Of a DNA stretch of 64,000 bases, positions 39,710 to 52,648 are shown one piece after another. Each line of letters starts with the position of its first letter. Positions within the stretch are counted from its first letter, which is position 1. Source of the DNA: Azolla caroliniana. Lineage: Eukaryota; Plantae; Polypodiophyta. The stretch lies in the NCBI GenBank assembly GCA_043228905.1, contig JBHGNT010000006.1, forward strand, positions 12,958,001 through 13,022,000. The letters run 5' to 3'. Made by a program: the position numbers and the translations under genes. The notes beneath the pieces were generated by a model that saw nothing but the letters and a program-made list of their open reading frames with translations, was not told the origin of the DNA and made no database searches.

Positions 39710-40015
39710 CTGGGTTGGTCGAAGATATGTGGAAAGCATAGTCAAATGTGATCAAAGGTAGAGCTTTGCATCAACATGTGATAGTCAAACTCCCAAACTT
39801 GGCCAATAATACATGGAGAGAGAGAGGAAGGGAGATTCCAATATATGTGATCAAAGGTAGAACTTTGTATCAACATGTGATACTCAATATCCCAAACCTA
39901 TCCATACATGTAGAGAGAGTCATCATGTGATACTCAAACTCCCAAACTTGTCCAAACATGTAGAGAGAGTCATCATGTGATACTCAAACTCCCAAACTTG
40001 TCCAATACATGTAGA
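39710..40015 (-). repeat. RTE-X LINE-derived fragment amplified into a 50-bp tandem repeat
   Basis: Similar to 16850-16940 and 48290-48375. CATGTGATA(C/G)TCAA recurs at 39775, 39874, 39924 and 39974. Confidence 0.75.
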
Positions 40016-42739
40016 GGGGGAAGAGAGAGAGGGAGGGAATAACATCCAACACATGCCAAATATTACTTTGGGAAACCTTAAAAGCTCTAAAATATGTGTG
40101 GCATGTGATAAGGTTATTTTTTTAGCGGTGCTCAAGTGTGAGCCATGTGACGAGGCTACATTTGATCTCTCAAATTAAGGACATGAACCTTGGAAGTCAT
40201 TTTTACAAGAAACCATACTTTATTTTCTTCCCAAATCCCCACCAAAACACTCAATGGTGGTGGTTGCATTTATTTTCACTAACGTTTCACTCAAATATCC
40301 TCTTCTCATCTTCTATGTATAATTTGTTGAGAGGTTGGAAAGCTTTATGGAAAGAAGTTTTTTTTGTTTTTCTAGTGGTGGTTTGGGAGAGGGGTTAACT
40401 ACGTAGAAGAAGAGGGGTGTCATGTCCATTCAAACTCCATTTTGTAAATTCCCCTAATTGCAATATGCTTCTATACTATACTACTAATCCCCATCTAAAA
40501 ACTTCGAATATAATTAAGCCCCTACGTGAAAGTATGAAAATATTTAAGTAACAAGAGAACTTTATTAATGCAAATCACTACAAAAACCTAGATTCTTCAA
40601 GGAATATGACCATTCAAAAGGCGAATGTCAATTTGTTAAATCCATGTAACCCAAAACCTAACTTCATTCATGTTGAGTTACAAAACATATGATTTAGAGT
40701 TACAACTTCAACAAACATATTGACCCTAAGCATTCAAAATTGGCACATATAATAATTTTAATATACATATATTTTAAGAGGAAATTCATATATGTGAAGG
40801 GTCTATGTGAGAACTATAGGCGCATGACTATAAATACCCCAATGTAAATACATGTCATATTATTTAGTAACATTTTGGTCTGAGACACATGTTACCTGAC
40901 CAATTTGTGGACTTAACCTGTGACATTTCATCATTCTCCCATCTTTGCTCAAGTGCATGCAAAGACAATACTTCTTTTAAATTCATCATATCGGTGACAT
41001 CAAGGCAATAATTAGGAGAAATTGTTAGGATATGTTTGGATCATCATTTAGACATGGCCCCTTTGTTGAATAACCTAGATGATAGTGGTACAATTATAAG
41101 GGTTGATGTTTAGGCTACCCTAAACTTATAGGTTCTAACTAGGGATACTTTACAATGAGCTATTAAAACTAGGTTTTGTAAACATTTTTATTGATGGATT
41201 TGCGGTTATTGAGCCACATTCATACATTCAAATTAAGAGTTTCTTCTACTATTAGTTGTTTGAAGTCTTTATAATTTGTCAACGTTGATATGATCCTCAA
41301 AGTGTTTAGGATGTTTAGGAATAGTGTCAAAATGCTTCAAGATCTTAAGTACATATGTATAACCCTTGTGTTTCCTCGAATATCTTTATAAAGTAAGGGC
41401 CAAAGTTCAGACATTAGTAAGCGCTATTGAGATTACTATAACCCCGATGTTGGTTCTAAGATCTTGCGACATTGAGAATCAAGGTTCAACACGACCTGAC
41501 ATAGGTTCAAGTCAAGGCACGCATAGAGAATCAAGCGTCAACCACACAACCAACAAATATTTGTCAATTAATAGCTAAGCATCAACACAAAGATTGGGGT
41601 GGGGGTTGATGAGATGTTAGGAAAGGAAACGTTCTTTATATCCATCTAAATGTATCCTCAACTATATGAAGGCTTTGATGTTGTTCATTGGACCATCCAT
41701 AGACTTTGATTATGATGCTTGTTGCATGAACATTCATGTTGATCATTATGTTTTAGGAACATCCAATACAACCCTGAGTAGTGTTGCTAAGTTGTATTTG
41801 ATACTCAGTATATGATGAATGTTAAAGTAGAAGCATGAAACTTAATATTTCAAATCTTCACGATAGATGTAGCATTTTGTTCTACATATTCATGCACACA
41901 TCTTTGCATTAGTTTTTCCTCGGTAGTCTAAAACACAAGCCCTCATTGTATTAAGTCCAATACATCAAGCAAGAAGATCCGCATATGTAAATCCCCTTTA
42001 CAATGTGTGTTTGTGGACTATTTCAAGATTGCCTTTAAAAGAGGAAAATGCACCCTATTCTCCTATTAAATGAGTGTTTTATTGCTTTAAACAATACCGT
42101 TTGTGTGATGATATGTGTGTTTTTTGAAGGTTCCTTAAACCCCCCCTTTTTCCAAGCTTATATGTATGGTTATGTATTTACAAGTTACCCTCACCCTCTT
42201 GAGATAGAGACCAAGCACACTATTGTCCAATGGTTATTGTCTTGTCATTTTTGGAATAATACCGTTGTATCTTCTTCTTCATGGAGAGCCTTCGAGAGAG
42301 AATGTGTGTGAGGGTTGTGCTACTACACATACATTATACATACATATATGCATGTGAATGAAGGTAGAGAAAGCGGATGTGGTTTGTCTCCAAGGCTACA
42401 TGACACAATCTCCCACTAGGTCACTTGTGTAACTTTCGGATTTTTCTTGAGTGCTTTTAAGCACCGTATTGTCTGAATGACATTGGTGTACGTTAACATT
42501 CTTTTGTGGGGTTTCAACCCATCTCGAGGTTAGTTCCCACTAGTAGTAAAAGTTTTTACTGCAGTTTTAAAAAGAAGGTTGGGAGGATTACACACCGGGG
42601 GTGGGGGGAGTGCAAAAAAAGAGGAATGAGAGCAAAGAAGCTTTTTGCCAAGAGAGAGTGAGAGTGAGTAGACATACATATGTCGATGAATGTGAGCAAT
42701 GAATTGGCAAGTGTGAAGGGGGATAAGTGTGAATCCTAC

Positions 42740-42865
42740 CCTAAGGTAGAGAGAGAGAGAGAGAGAGGGTGTGCACACAAAATGAAGAGGAAGGAAATAT
42801 GTAAGAGCAAGGGAACTCTTTTGTCAGGAGGAGCATAATATATGTACATACATAATAGGGCCAAC

Positions 42866-42913
<48 letters not shown>

Positions 42914-43621
42914 CACACACACACACATCAATCACAGATGTGTGTGTGTCTACAGAAGGAAGATGTGGAGGAGACCCAAATCATTTAAGGTTATTATTAC
43001 ATCATCATCTTTTTACAGCTTTGTTGGAGGAGATGAGGAATTAAGTAAGAGGCGCTAACAAAATAAAGCTAAGGCAAAATAGATTTACTACAGAAGATAG
43101 GTGGTGGGAGCAACCCCCAAAACAAAAAACAAAAAAGGAAAAAGAAAAAAGCATTTTTAGTTTAAAATGCTAGCCAGGTAGGCGCCAGGTAAGACGGGTT
43201 GGCGAAAAAGCAAAAAGCATGTGAGGGGAAGGCCAGGTGTGAATCCGGCCAAAAAGAAGAAGAAGAAGAAGCAGGCCCCCAATGTCTCTCTCTGTCTCTC
43301 TGTCTCTGTGTGTGTGTGTGTGTGTCCACACACACAAAAAAAAAAAGAAAAAAGAAAAGAAAGGAAATTGATAATTGAGCCTACCCGATTAGGGCCTTAA
43401 AGGAACAGAGACTTACACTCACTCACACATACATACATACATACATACATACATACACACACATATCCTCCTCCAGAAGAAAAAACGAAGAAGAAAGAAG
43501 CAGCACCGAACACGAACATTTGTTCTGAATAGGGAGAGAGTGAGCTTTTAGAGAGGCCAGCCACAGACAATTCGAATTCACCTCCTTTGAAGAAGAAGAA
43601 GAAGAAGCAGAAGCAGAAATC
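42740..43621 (+). promoter_or_regulatory. Microsatellite-rich upstream region and 5' UTR of the PIP2 gene: (GA)n, (AC)n, (TG)n, (ACAT)n, (GAA)n
   Basis: The repeats lie directly upstream of the ATG. A regulatory role is inferred from position only. Confidence 0.5.
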
Positions 43622-44570
43622 ATGAGTAAAGAGGCGACATTTGAGGTGGAGGCTGGAGGGGCTGCGCCCGCCAGGAAAGACTACAGTGACCCTCCACCTG
43701 CTCCCTTGATCGACGCCAACGAGTTTGCATTGTGGTCATTCTATCGGGCCATCATCGCGGAGTTCGTGGCCACCCTCCTCTTCCTCTACATCACCATCGC
43801 CACCATCATCGGTACACAGAAGGACCCATGTGGCGGCGTCGGCGTCCTTGGCATCGCTTGGGCTTTCGGTGGCATGATCTTCGTCCTCGTCTACTGCACG
43901 GCCGGCATCTCAGGTATAATAATAATAACACACCACCTTAAGAAAAAAACGCTCTACAATTGCGCATTAAGCCTACTTAATTCCTTTCCAACCTCTTCTC
44001 TGCCTTCCAGCTAAGTTTAGACTGAACACCCCTACTAAATCCGTGGAATTAATGCATCATGTTTCCTTGACTCTCTTTTCTGGTTAATTTCCCCCCCTCT
44101 AATGTCCACTTCATTCCTCTTTTTTTTTTCCCCTTCAAAATTTAAGATGTCTTCTTCTCTAATTACGTCCTTATTTTTCCCTTCAAAATTATATCTCTTC
44201 TTCTCTAATTACGCCCTTGTTTTTTCCCTTCAAAATTTCGGATGTCGTCTTCTCTAATTACGTCCTTATTATTTTTATCCCCCCACCTGAAAGCCATGCA
44301 ATTCCACTTCCACACCCATAATTCTCACCTCCCTCCTTCGTTTTCTCTTCTTAACTAAACTATATGGCCCTGCCCTGCCCTCAGTTCCCGCACTGATTTG
44401 GCCTGAAATTACAGGCCTTCAACTGCTCATCATCACTCGTAATTCCTTCTCAAAATTTATGCGCATAGCTGCCCTCTTTCTCTCTCTCTCTCTCTCACTA
44501 AACTCCTCACCCCCATCCCATGTCTATACGCCGGAGCTTTCATCTCCTTACTCATTCATGCCTGCTGTTT

Positions 44571-44608
<38 letters not shown>

Positions 44609-46065
44609 TGTACCAGGAGGTCACATCAACCCTGCGGTAACGTTCGGATTGTTCCTAGCAAGGAAAGTGTCGCTACCCAGGGCGGTGGCCTACATTGTGG
44701 CGCAGTCGCTGGGGGCCGTCTGTGGAGCCGGGCTGATAAAGGGCTTCCAGACAAGTCTGTACGTGTCAGGGAAAGGCGGCGCCAACATAGTGGCGCATGG
44801 CTACACCAAGGGCATCGGCCTGGCCGCCGAGATCATCGGCACCTTCGTCCTCGTCTACACCGTCTTCTCCGCCACCGATCCTAAGCGCAGCGCCCGCGAC
44901 TCCCACGTCCCGGTATATATATTTCTTTCTTTCTCCATTCATGCCTCTCTTTTCTGCCTGTTTCCCTCTCTCTGTGTTTTGTTCTGTTACATAATTCATT
45001 TGTTCGTGTAGTCTCTTCGTTAGTGAGTGAGTCGCCTATAACAGGTTAAGTAGAGTTTTAGATGTGTAAAGTTCATGATAAGAGGATGACAGACAAGTCT
45101 TCGTCTTTCTTCTTCTTCTTCTTCTTCTTATTTTACATTCTTTGAAGTCCCCCCCCCCCCCCCCGTCTCTCTCTCTCACGTGTCAAAAAGATAAGGTTGC
45201 CCCCCCCCCCCCCCCCCGCAAAACAATAATAATATCACTCATAAAAGTTTGTTGTTGTAAATTAAATAAAATCCGATCTTCGAGGAAAAAAAGTTTTGAT
45301 AAACACACACACCCCCCACCTACCCAATTTTGATCTTTGAGTGCTGACTGAGGTTTCTTTGTTTGTTTGTTGTTCACCTTTACTTTTATTTACGCTTTTT
45401 TGGGTGAAGCGCACTCACTCAAGTGGAGCAGAGTGAGTGGTGTATGTACATATATATGTGTGTTTGTGTTGGGGGAGGGGGAATCAAGAATTGTCACTTT
45501 CACATTACGAAACGAATACATGTTGGACCCCCGAATTTTTGATCTTTTTCTTTTCCCTAGCTACATACATACATACATATTTACATATGATACGTTATGT
45601 CTGTAGGTCTTGGCACCTCTTCCCATTGGGTTTGCTGTATTCATCGTCCACCTCGCTACCATCCCCATTACTGGTACCGGCATCAACCCTGCAAGGAGCT
45701 TTGGGGCTGCCGTCATCTACGGACACGACAAGATATGGGATGAGCATGTAAGTGTTTCTTCATTCATTCTCTCTTGCACATGCATGTACACATGTAGGTC
45801 GTTTGATGTTTAGAAAAAGACCATTCACTACATAAAATTGGTTGCATTTCTTGTATGTTTGACCTCATGACCAACCAACCTTAACAGTTTTTTGATGTGC
45901 TACATAATTTTACTTACAATGTTTCCCCTACATCTTATACAGTGGATCTTCTGGGTTGGACCTTTCCTTGGGGCTGCTATAGCCGCTTTTTATCATCAAT
46001 ACGTACTTCGGGCAGGAGCTTGGAAGGCTTTCGGTTCATTCCGTAGCCAATCAAGCATCATATAA
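43622..46065 (+). CDS. PIP2: Plasma membrane intrinsic protein, PIP2-type aquaporin, 283 aa; exons 43622-43913, 44617-44912, 45607-45747, 45943-46065
   Basis: GT-AG introns at the canonical PIP positions (exon 2 = 296 nt, exon 3 = 141 nt) give an 852-nt intact frame. Motifs: [49 protein letters not shown] and GSFRS. The short N-terminus is typical of PIP2. Confidence 0.97.
44125..44275. repeat. About three imperfect 45-50 bp tandem repeats in PIP2 intron 1
   Basis: CCCTTCAAAATT...CTTCTCTAATTACG(T/C)CCTT recurs. Confidence 0.8.
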
Positions 46066-46807
46066 GAAGCAACATCATTAGGACTACATCATCTTTGGCT
46101 ATTTGTATCATGCTTGCATCATGAGTGTTTGATTACTTGTACATGCACACATACAACACACCCTTCACTTTTCCTAGTTCCATTGCAATTGTTGCTTGTG
46201 ACAAGTCTTTATTTGTACCATTTAACATGATGAACCATCTAGTTTGTTTTAGTCATGAGTATTTTATGGGGGGTTATTTGCATAATATTATTTCCTGTTT
46301 AATGAGATTGATTTTCTTCTCTTAATGAAGAATGGTGTCAATGTTGTCCTACATAGAGTTATGATTATGTTCACATTCTCATGTACTTTTTCATCGGCGT
46401 GCAAACTTTATACTTGGTTATTCAAAGTAAAGGGAGACACTTTTCTGGAAAAAAAAAAGAACAAAGTAAAGGAAGACACATGTCTCCCCTTATCAATGAA
46501 CAATATAGCCTTCAATTTTGTGGTACATCGAATTATGATTGCTTTCGCATTCCTGTAAAGTTTATACTTTTTATTGAATATGAAAGTCACGAAGTATATG
46601 AAAGCAGACACACTAGGTCGACCCTCCTCCCCCCTCCTCCCCCCCCTAATTATCAACATCAATATTGAGTGTCAGAGTCTATCCACCCTACTGAGTTATG
46701 ATGGCTCCCACTTTCTTGTTTGCATTTTCATTGAATGTGAGAATTATAGCCATCCAAATTCAAGCTCATAATGTTGAAAATTTATATTGGTTAAATAGGA
46801 TTTCAGG

Positions 46808-47105
46808 GTAAGAATTTGACTTTTGGTAAGTGTTTTGATACGATGAAGGTCAGATAAGATATATGTTTGGTGCCTCTTTATTCTATATTTTTTTTATCCA
46901 CAGAAAACTTTACAAATGTGAGGCCTGATGAACATGTCATGGGGTCTTGTGGTAGATTTCTCCTTTATCTTCAGTGATATATACATATTTATTTTTCAGT
47001 TTGTAAGAATTTGACTTTTGGTAAGTGTTTTGATACGATGAAGGTCAGATAAGATATATGTTTGGTGCCTCTTTATTCTATATATTTTTTATCCACAGAA
47101 AACTT
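46808..47105. repeat. Direct repeat of about 100 bp, copies 195 bp apart
   Basis: GTAAGAATTTGAC...TATCCACAGAAAACTT at 46808 and 47003. Confidence 0.9.
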
Positions 47106-47979
47106 AAGTTCACTCTCATGAAAACATGCAATCATATTGGTAATTGTGTGTCAAAGACACTCCAATATGATTGAGTGCAAAAGACACTCCAATGCGAAAA
47201 CATGCAATCATATTGGTAATTGTCACATTAATACTCCGTCCGTGCCTACCATCAAATACAAACGCATTGTGGATATCGCGATTTCCAATTATGACTCAAT
47301 CACCAATATGTTAGAACTAGGAAAACGATCTCCATCTCTTATTTCAGGTGAACTTATGTGAATTGTGCAAACACCCACTTTCTCATGCCGTTGGTAGAAG
47401 GCGGTGAGGTGGTTTGGCACCACTCATTCCTTTCTTTGGCCTATAATTGCTTATGTTTTGCTTAATTATGTTTTTAAAAACTCATTTTTTCAAAATTTAA
47501 GTAAACACATTTTACACAAACTTGGCCAACCTAAGACCGTGACTTAAATGAGTTGTCCAGTTCGCTTGATCAAGCAGGGATATGAAGAATTTTTTTATTC
47601 TGTTATGAGGACATATATTGCAAACTCTAGTACAAACATATCTTGGTAAACCATCTATGTTTTTTAAGATATGTCACACACATGACAATACCCTATGTGA
47701 ATTTGGTCAATCTATCTTACATGTCCATTAAGACGCAATACTTGACTTTTGGTGGAACATGTTTCATAGTCTTCTTGGTTGGAATTTGAGGTTACAAGGG
47801 CTTAAACCATGGCCAAATAGGGGAATATGCCTTCAGCTTATCCCATTTACCTATATATAGGGTTCTTATTCCACCATATTCCACATCTAAACAAAGTCTG
47901 AGTGTATCATGATATGTCGTCAGTATGAGACAAATAACCCATTAAAAATATACTCTAATGTTGTTCTCAACGGGTATAT

Positions 47980-48084
47980 TGTTGGCATAAAAGGCCAACT
48001 CTACCCAAGTGTATATCTAGTGTGAACACATGACTTATAGTTAGGGGTTAACTGTATATAAAGCCCAACTAAGTCATTGTAAGA
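47980..48084 (+). repeat. Partial Copia LTR related to 50126-50417, cut by a LINE tail
   Basis: Shares the start TGTTGGCATAAAAGGCC. Confidence 0.6.
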
Positions 48085-48085
48085 G

Positions 48086-48117
<32 letters not shown>

Positions 48118-49255
48118 TATATTATCGTCTTCGGATGTCAAATATGACCTATGAGACCAAAAATATTACATTTGACATGATACGTGTGATAGTGAGTAGC
48201 GACTCTCGATGTTCAAGAACTTTACCAGTGAATGTTAATCGAGAGTGCACATTGTGGTTGTGAGAGGAATTCATGCAAGGATTGGGCTCGGTCGAAGAGA
48301 TGTGGGAAGCATGGTCGAATATGATCAAAGGCAGAGCATTGTATCAAAGTGTGATACTCAGACTCACGAACTTCTTTACGACAAAATGTGCATAGCCGAC
48401 CACTCTCATCACTTGTGCCCAAACGCCTTGTCTCACATCGCAATGCATGCGAGCTAAGTCACATGGAAGAAATGGTTCTGGTATGGGCTCTAACATGTAT
48501 CGATGTGTATGGTTTCCCCGTTCCGCAAAGAATAGGAACATGTGTAGTATAATGTGTGAAGCCTCCACATTTGTCCCATGTCATGATACATTGGCTTTGC
48601 AAAAAGGCCTCATTTACAGAGGAATCTAGTGATGCATCATGAAGCAAGTGTCTCGCATCCCATCTACCAAACCATTTTTCTATATCTTACATCCAACCAG
48701 AGCACAAAATTTTGCTTTTATGCATCTTTTAGATCTTTTTGCTTATTTCCCATGCAATTTTAGGAAGTCAATGTGAGGGACTTTTTTGAACCTTGAGTAT
48801 GTATTCAACAACCCTTTCCATGACCATGATCTCAATGGGAAGTGATCCCGTCTCAAGGAGGAGGGTGTAGGGCATTTGTTTCTTAGCTTGTAGAAACTTT
48901 GTAAGAAAATGTTTTTGGACATTTTCAAACTCTTTCCACATAGATTTAGGGATGCTACCGCCCCATACTTCCATCCCATAGAGAAGAGTCGGTGTCACCA
49001 AAGTGTCGAAATGATATTTCTTGAGGACCCAACACTTAATATCTCAAAGATTGCATGTGTTCTCAAATGCATAGTATGCTTGCTTACCCGCCTCTAAGCG
49101 GTGTGTAGCACATTTAATCCATCTATGATTTGAAGGAACTTCAAGGCCAAGATATTTGAAGCTTTCCACACATTCAATTGGCTCATTGTTGTACATAATG
49201 CACGGTTTATCTCTTTGTTGGCTCTTCACAAGCATAATCTTTGTGTAAAAGAATA
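48085..49255 (-). mobile_element. RTE-X-like LINE copy 2, 3' part (end of RT, C-terminal domain, (TATC)n tail)
   Basis: IECVESFKYLGLEV, VTPTLLYGMEVWGG, ETGSLPIE and RLCTFC...ESEYHTLIQC. (GATA)n at 48085-48116. Confidence 0.85.
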
Positions 49256-49269
49256 TATGTGACACGAAT

Positions 49270-49790
49270 GAGGTTGGCTCGACAATGTTCGCCAACGGGC
49301 AAAAAGTTGAATCGGATATCGATTTTTAGCATAAGCGCTTTGGCCATGCCAACTATGAAAGGCTTTAAGAATTGCAAGCGAAACAATTTGTATTCAGCTT
49401 GCTGAAGTTTAGTGGCGAGAAGGCCCAAGTTTATGAAGCTATTGGCACTCTAGAAGAGAGACCGATTTCATTCCGGCTAAGTGGCCCGAATGAAGAGCTG
49501 AGTCAGAATGACTAGCTGAATGAAAAGCCAGCGAGCAGTGAAGACTTAGTGCGCAAGGAAGCAAGGAGATAGTATACGCACGAAGAGAAGGGGAAGATGA
49601 AGATGCCGGAGTATGGCACAAACAAAGATGCATCGGATTAGGGAGAATCCAATACCAACGAGAGCGAAGACGGACCTCTAGAGTTGAGGATAGAGGCGGC
49701 CAAGAGGGCCTTGAAATCAGTGAATGAGAAGTTACGCCAATCGACTCGCCACAAGAACCCGATGATCCGGTATGGTTACAATGAATACAT
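49270..49790 (+). pseudogene. Internally deleted Copia (family B-like) pol fragment
   Basis: GAG-pre-integrase-like HKRFGHANYERL, and LRQSTRHKNPMIRYGYNEY matching 27259-27525. Confidence 0.65.
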
Positions 49791-50764
49791 TGTTGGGAAA
49801 TAGGTCCCTCCAGATGGGAAGAGAGAAGAGATGAGTTGATAAGGAAATCGCCTGAGGCCGACAGGCCGAGGTCAAAACCAAAATTGTGTAGACAACCAAC
49901 TTGGGAGACTATATCTCTAAATAGTCGAAATAAGCCTCTGTGGGCTATACTTGTAAATACTCCGAAAGTTGTACTAGTATATAAGGAACTAGGGAAAATC
50001 TTATTGTGTAGTAGTTGATCATTATTATAAAGTGAGAATGAGGTAGTTGCCTCTGTAACAGTGAGCGAGAGAGTGAGAGTGTAACTCCGTAACCGTCTAT
50101 CAGACGAAGGAGAACTCGAGGTCGTTGTTGGCATAAAAGGCCGACTCCTTCCAAGTTGTATCCGTCCGACTGTGAACTCATTAATAAGTTAGGGCTTAGT
50201 ATATAAGAGACTACCTAACATTGTAATGAGTGATGACGGATGACGAGAAGAGTATTGTATCTCTGTGTGAGAACGAAGCAATAAAGCTTTCCATTAAAGC
50301 TTGCACTGTGTAAGTCCATGCCAAGTCTATTTTCTATTTTCTGTCTGCGTTGTTTGCTATTCAGAACCGACAATAGATACATACACGTTTCCGCAAATCG
50401 TACACGTTACCCCCACAACTAGTATCAGAGCAAAATCTTTGTTGTTTGGCGGCAACAAACAACAGAACAAGCTGAAAGAAAAGACTAGGTCAGAAATCTC
50501 AAGTTCACAAACAGAATATGGCTTCAACATCCGGAATAGGAGTTGAAATCAGAAAATTTGACGGCAAAAAATTTGCCTTGTGGAAGGAGATGATGCAGGA
50601 TGTGCTGATCATTCGAAGACAGGTCGAATCCATTTGGCACAACGAAAAACCTGCTTCAATGACAGCCGAGGAGTGGAGATCAACGGACGAAATCACATGC
50701 TCCACGACTTGAATGCATATGACCAAAAACGTCTATTTTAGCATGGCGAAAGAGATGACAACGT

Positions 50765-51905
50765 TGTTGTGGAGATCTGCGCTTACATGTTGGATCTAGG
50801 CGGGACCACCGGTTTCCAGAGGACCAAATCCTCCTACGCATGCCGCGTTGCCGGCCGATTTGGGCCCGGATGGTGTCCGGGTCAGACCTTGCCGGCCGGT
50901 TCTGGTTTCTCCCCAGAAGCGACCGGTGACCGTTCGTAGAGTGAGAAGGCGCACAACCATCCTTACCGCCCTTCTATTCATATGTACAAGGGTCAAAAGT
51001 GACACGGGTCACACACGCACACACACAACCCTACGCCAACTGGGGACACACGCACATATATGTACACATTGCCCGTTACCGCGTCGACTTCACACAGAGA
51101 GGAAAAAGGAGCCTGCATCCCAGGACTGATCGAGAGCACCAGGGCTCGTTCGCACGACAGGATCCTTGTGTAGGGCATGCCTCCTCCCAGAACGACCGCC
51201 TCCTGTCGCCAAGCCCCCTGCCAGAAGTGCACGGGCTAACCGGTACGAGAAGGGTCTTGACCAATAAGGAGAGAGACCTACCAACGAACTGCCCGACACA
51301 TGGGCTCGACGCGAGCAACGGGAACCAACACCAACACCACCGCACACCCACACATCCCGAAGTGCCACAAAAACCCACAAGAAACCTACAAGAAACCAAA
51401 GATAATGCGCGCGTTGTCGGTCGCCTCAGCCGCGCTCACTCACTCTCGTCCACAGACGAACTCACGCCCTAACCCTAACAACAAACACCAACGCCCGAAA
51501 CCCTAGCAGAGACAGGAATGGAGATACACAGATGGAAATGGAAACAAAAATTGACACTACGAGAAAGAGACTGACTGATGTTGTAATACATAGAACACAA
51601 AGCCCGCAAAGGGAACTCCGTGGAACCCCTAAGTAAAGAACAAAACTATTTAGGTCCCAACGGTTGGGAACCCCTGTACAAGAAGCACGCCCTCCCTTTT
51701 ATAGAACAAGGAGAGGGTCGCGAGACTATGTGGGATAAATCCCATGATATACGGTATCCTTCCGTCCCGACTTTATTACCGTTCGGCGCCATAAAGGCAT
51801 TCCTATTCCCTATACAAGTTCTACAAGAGTGGGTGCAGGTGGTGCACCTTGCCGATTCCTCCAATATCTCCCGGTTTCTCACCCTAGCCCAGAATGTTCA
51901 TGACA
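50765..51905 (-). mobile_element. Insertion of about 1.14 kb in Copia D gag, probably a solo LTR
   Basis: Imperfect inverted termini TGTTGTGGA...TTCATGACA. Gag homology continues on both sides (EMTT | FPLWEKL). The TSD is imperfect. Confidence 0.6.
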
Positions 51906-52648
51906 ACTTCCCATTGTGGGAGAAGCTACATGCCGTTTATGAAAAGAAGTCCTCATCTTCGAAACTGATTTTGATCAAACAACTGTTCAACATGAAGATG
52001 AGAGAGACCGATCCGGAAACCTCCCACATCAACACCTTTAGCCGGGTGTTGTCTGAGCTCTCGTCACAAGGGATCAACTTCGAAGAAGAAGTGAAAGCCC
52101 TTGCCCTCCTATTGAGCTTGCCAGCGAGTTGGGAGGTATGTGCCAAATTCGGGGAAAGGTGAAAGATTCCAGCATGTGAGAACCGGTCTTCCGTAATCCG
52201 CACTCTGGCTGCCGCACTGGCCTTGCTGGTCTGAACCGTTAGCTTCGGTTCTTCCTCGCGCTCGCCTCTCCGTAGGGTCGTTCGTCCCGTCGATAGGTTC
52301 TTGCCGCGACCCCTCCTGCGCGCATGCTCCCTTGTTGGCCCTTCTCTCAACTGCCTGCACGCTGTTGCGAAGTTTCGCGCACGTGTGTTACTTGGGCGGG
52401 ACCACGGGGGTCTTGGACTAGGGAGTACTCAAGGGATAGAGAAGACCCGAGGTTTGCTTTACAACAATACTACTTCCCAACCCTTCCCAAGCAAGGTTTC
52501 GTTGCCCTTTGTTTTGTGAGGCCAGTGGCTCTCGTTGATCACGACTCGTCGACCTTTCGAGATCACCGCACGAGCCAAGTGACCAAACGGGTACAAGCAA
52601 GATGAGCACGAAACATGAACGCACAAGGGGACGATAACACAAACACGA

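Noticed and set aside
40367-42546. CACTA-like termini (CACTACAAAAA at 40576, TTTTTCTAGTG at about 40367, CACTAGTAGTAAAA at about 42537)
   Set aside because: I found no correctly oriented pair with a 3-bp TSD and no transposase between them.
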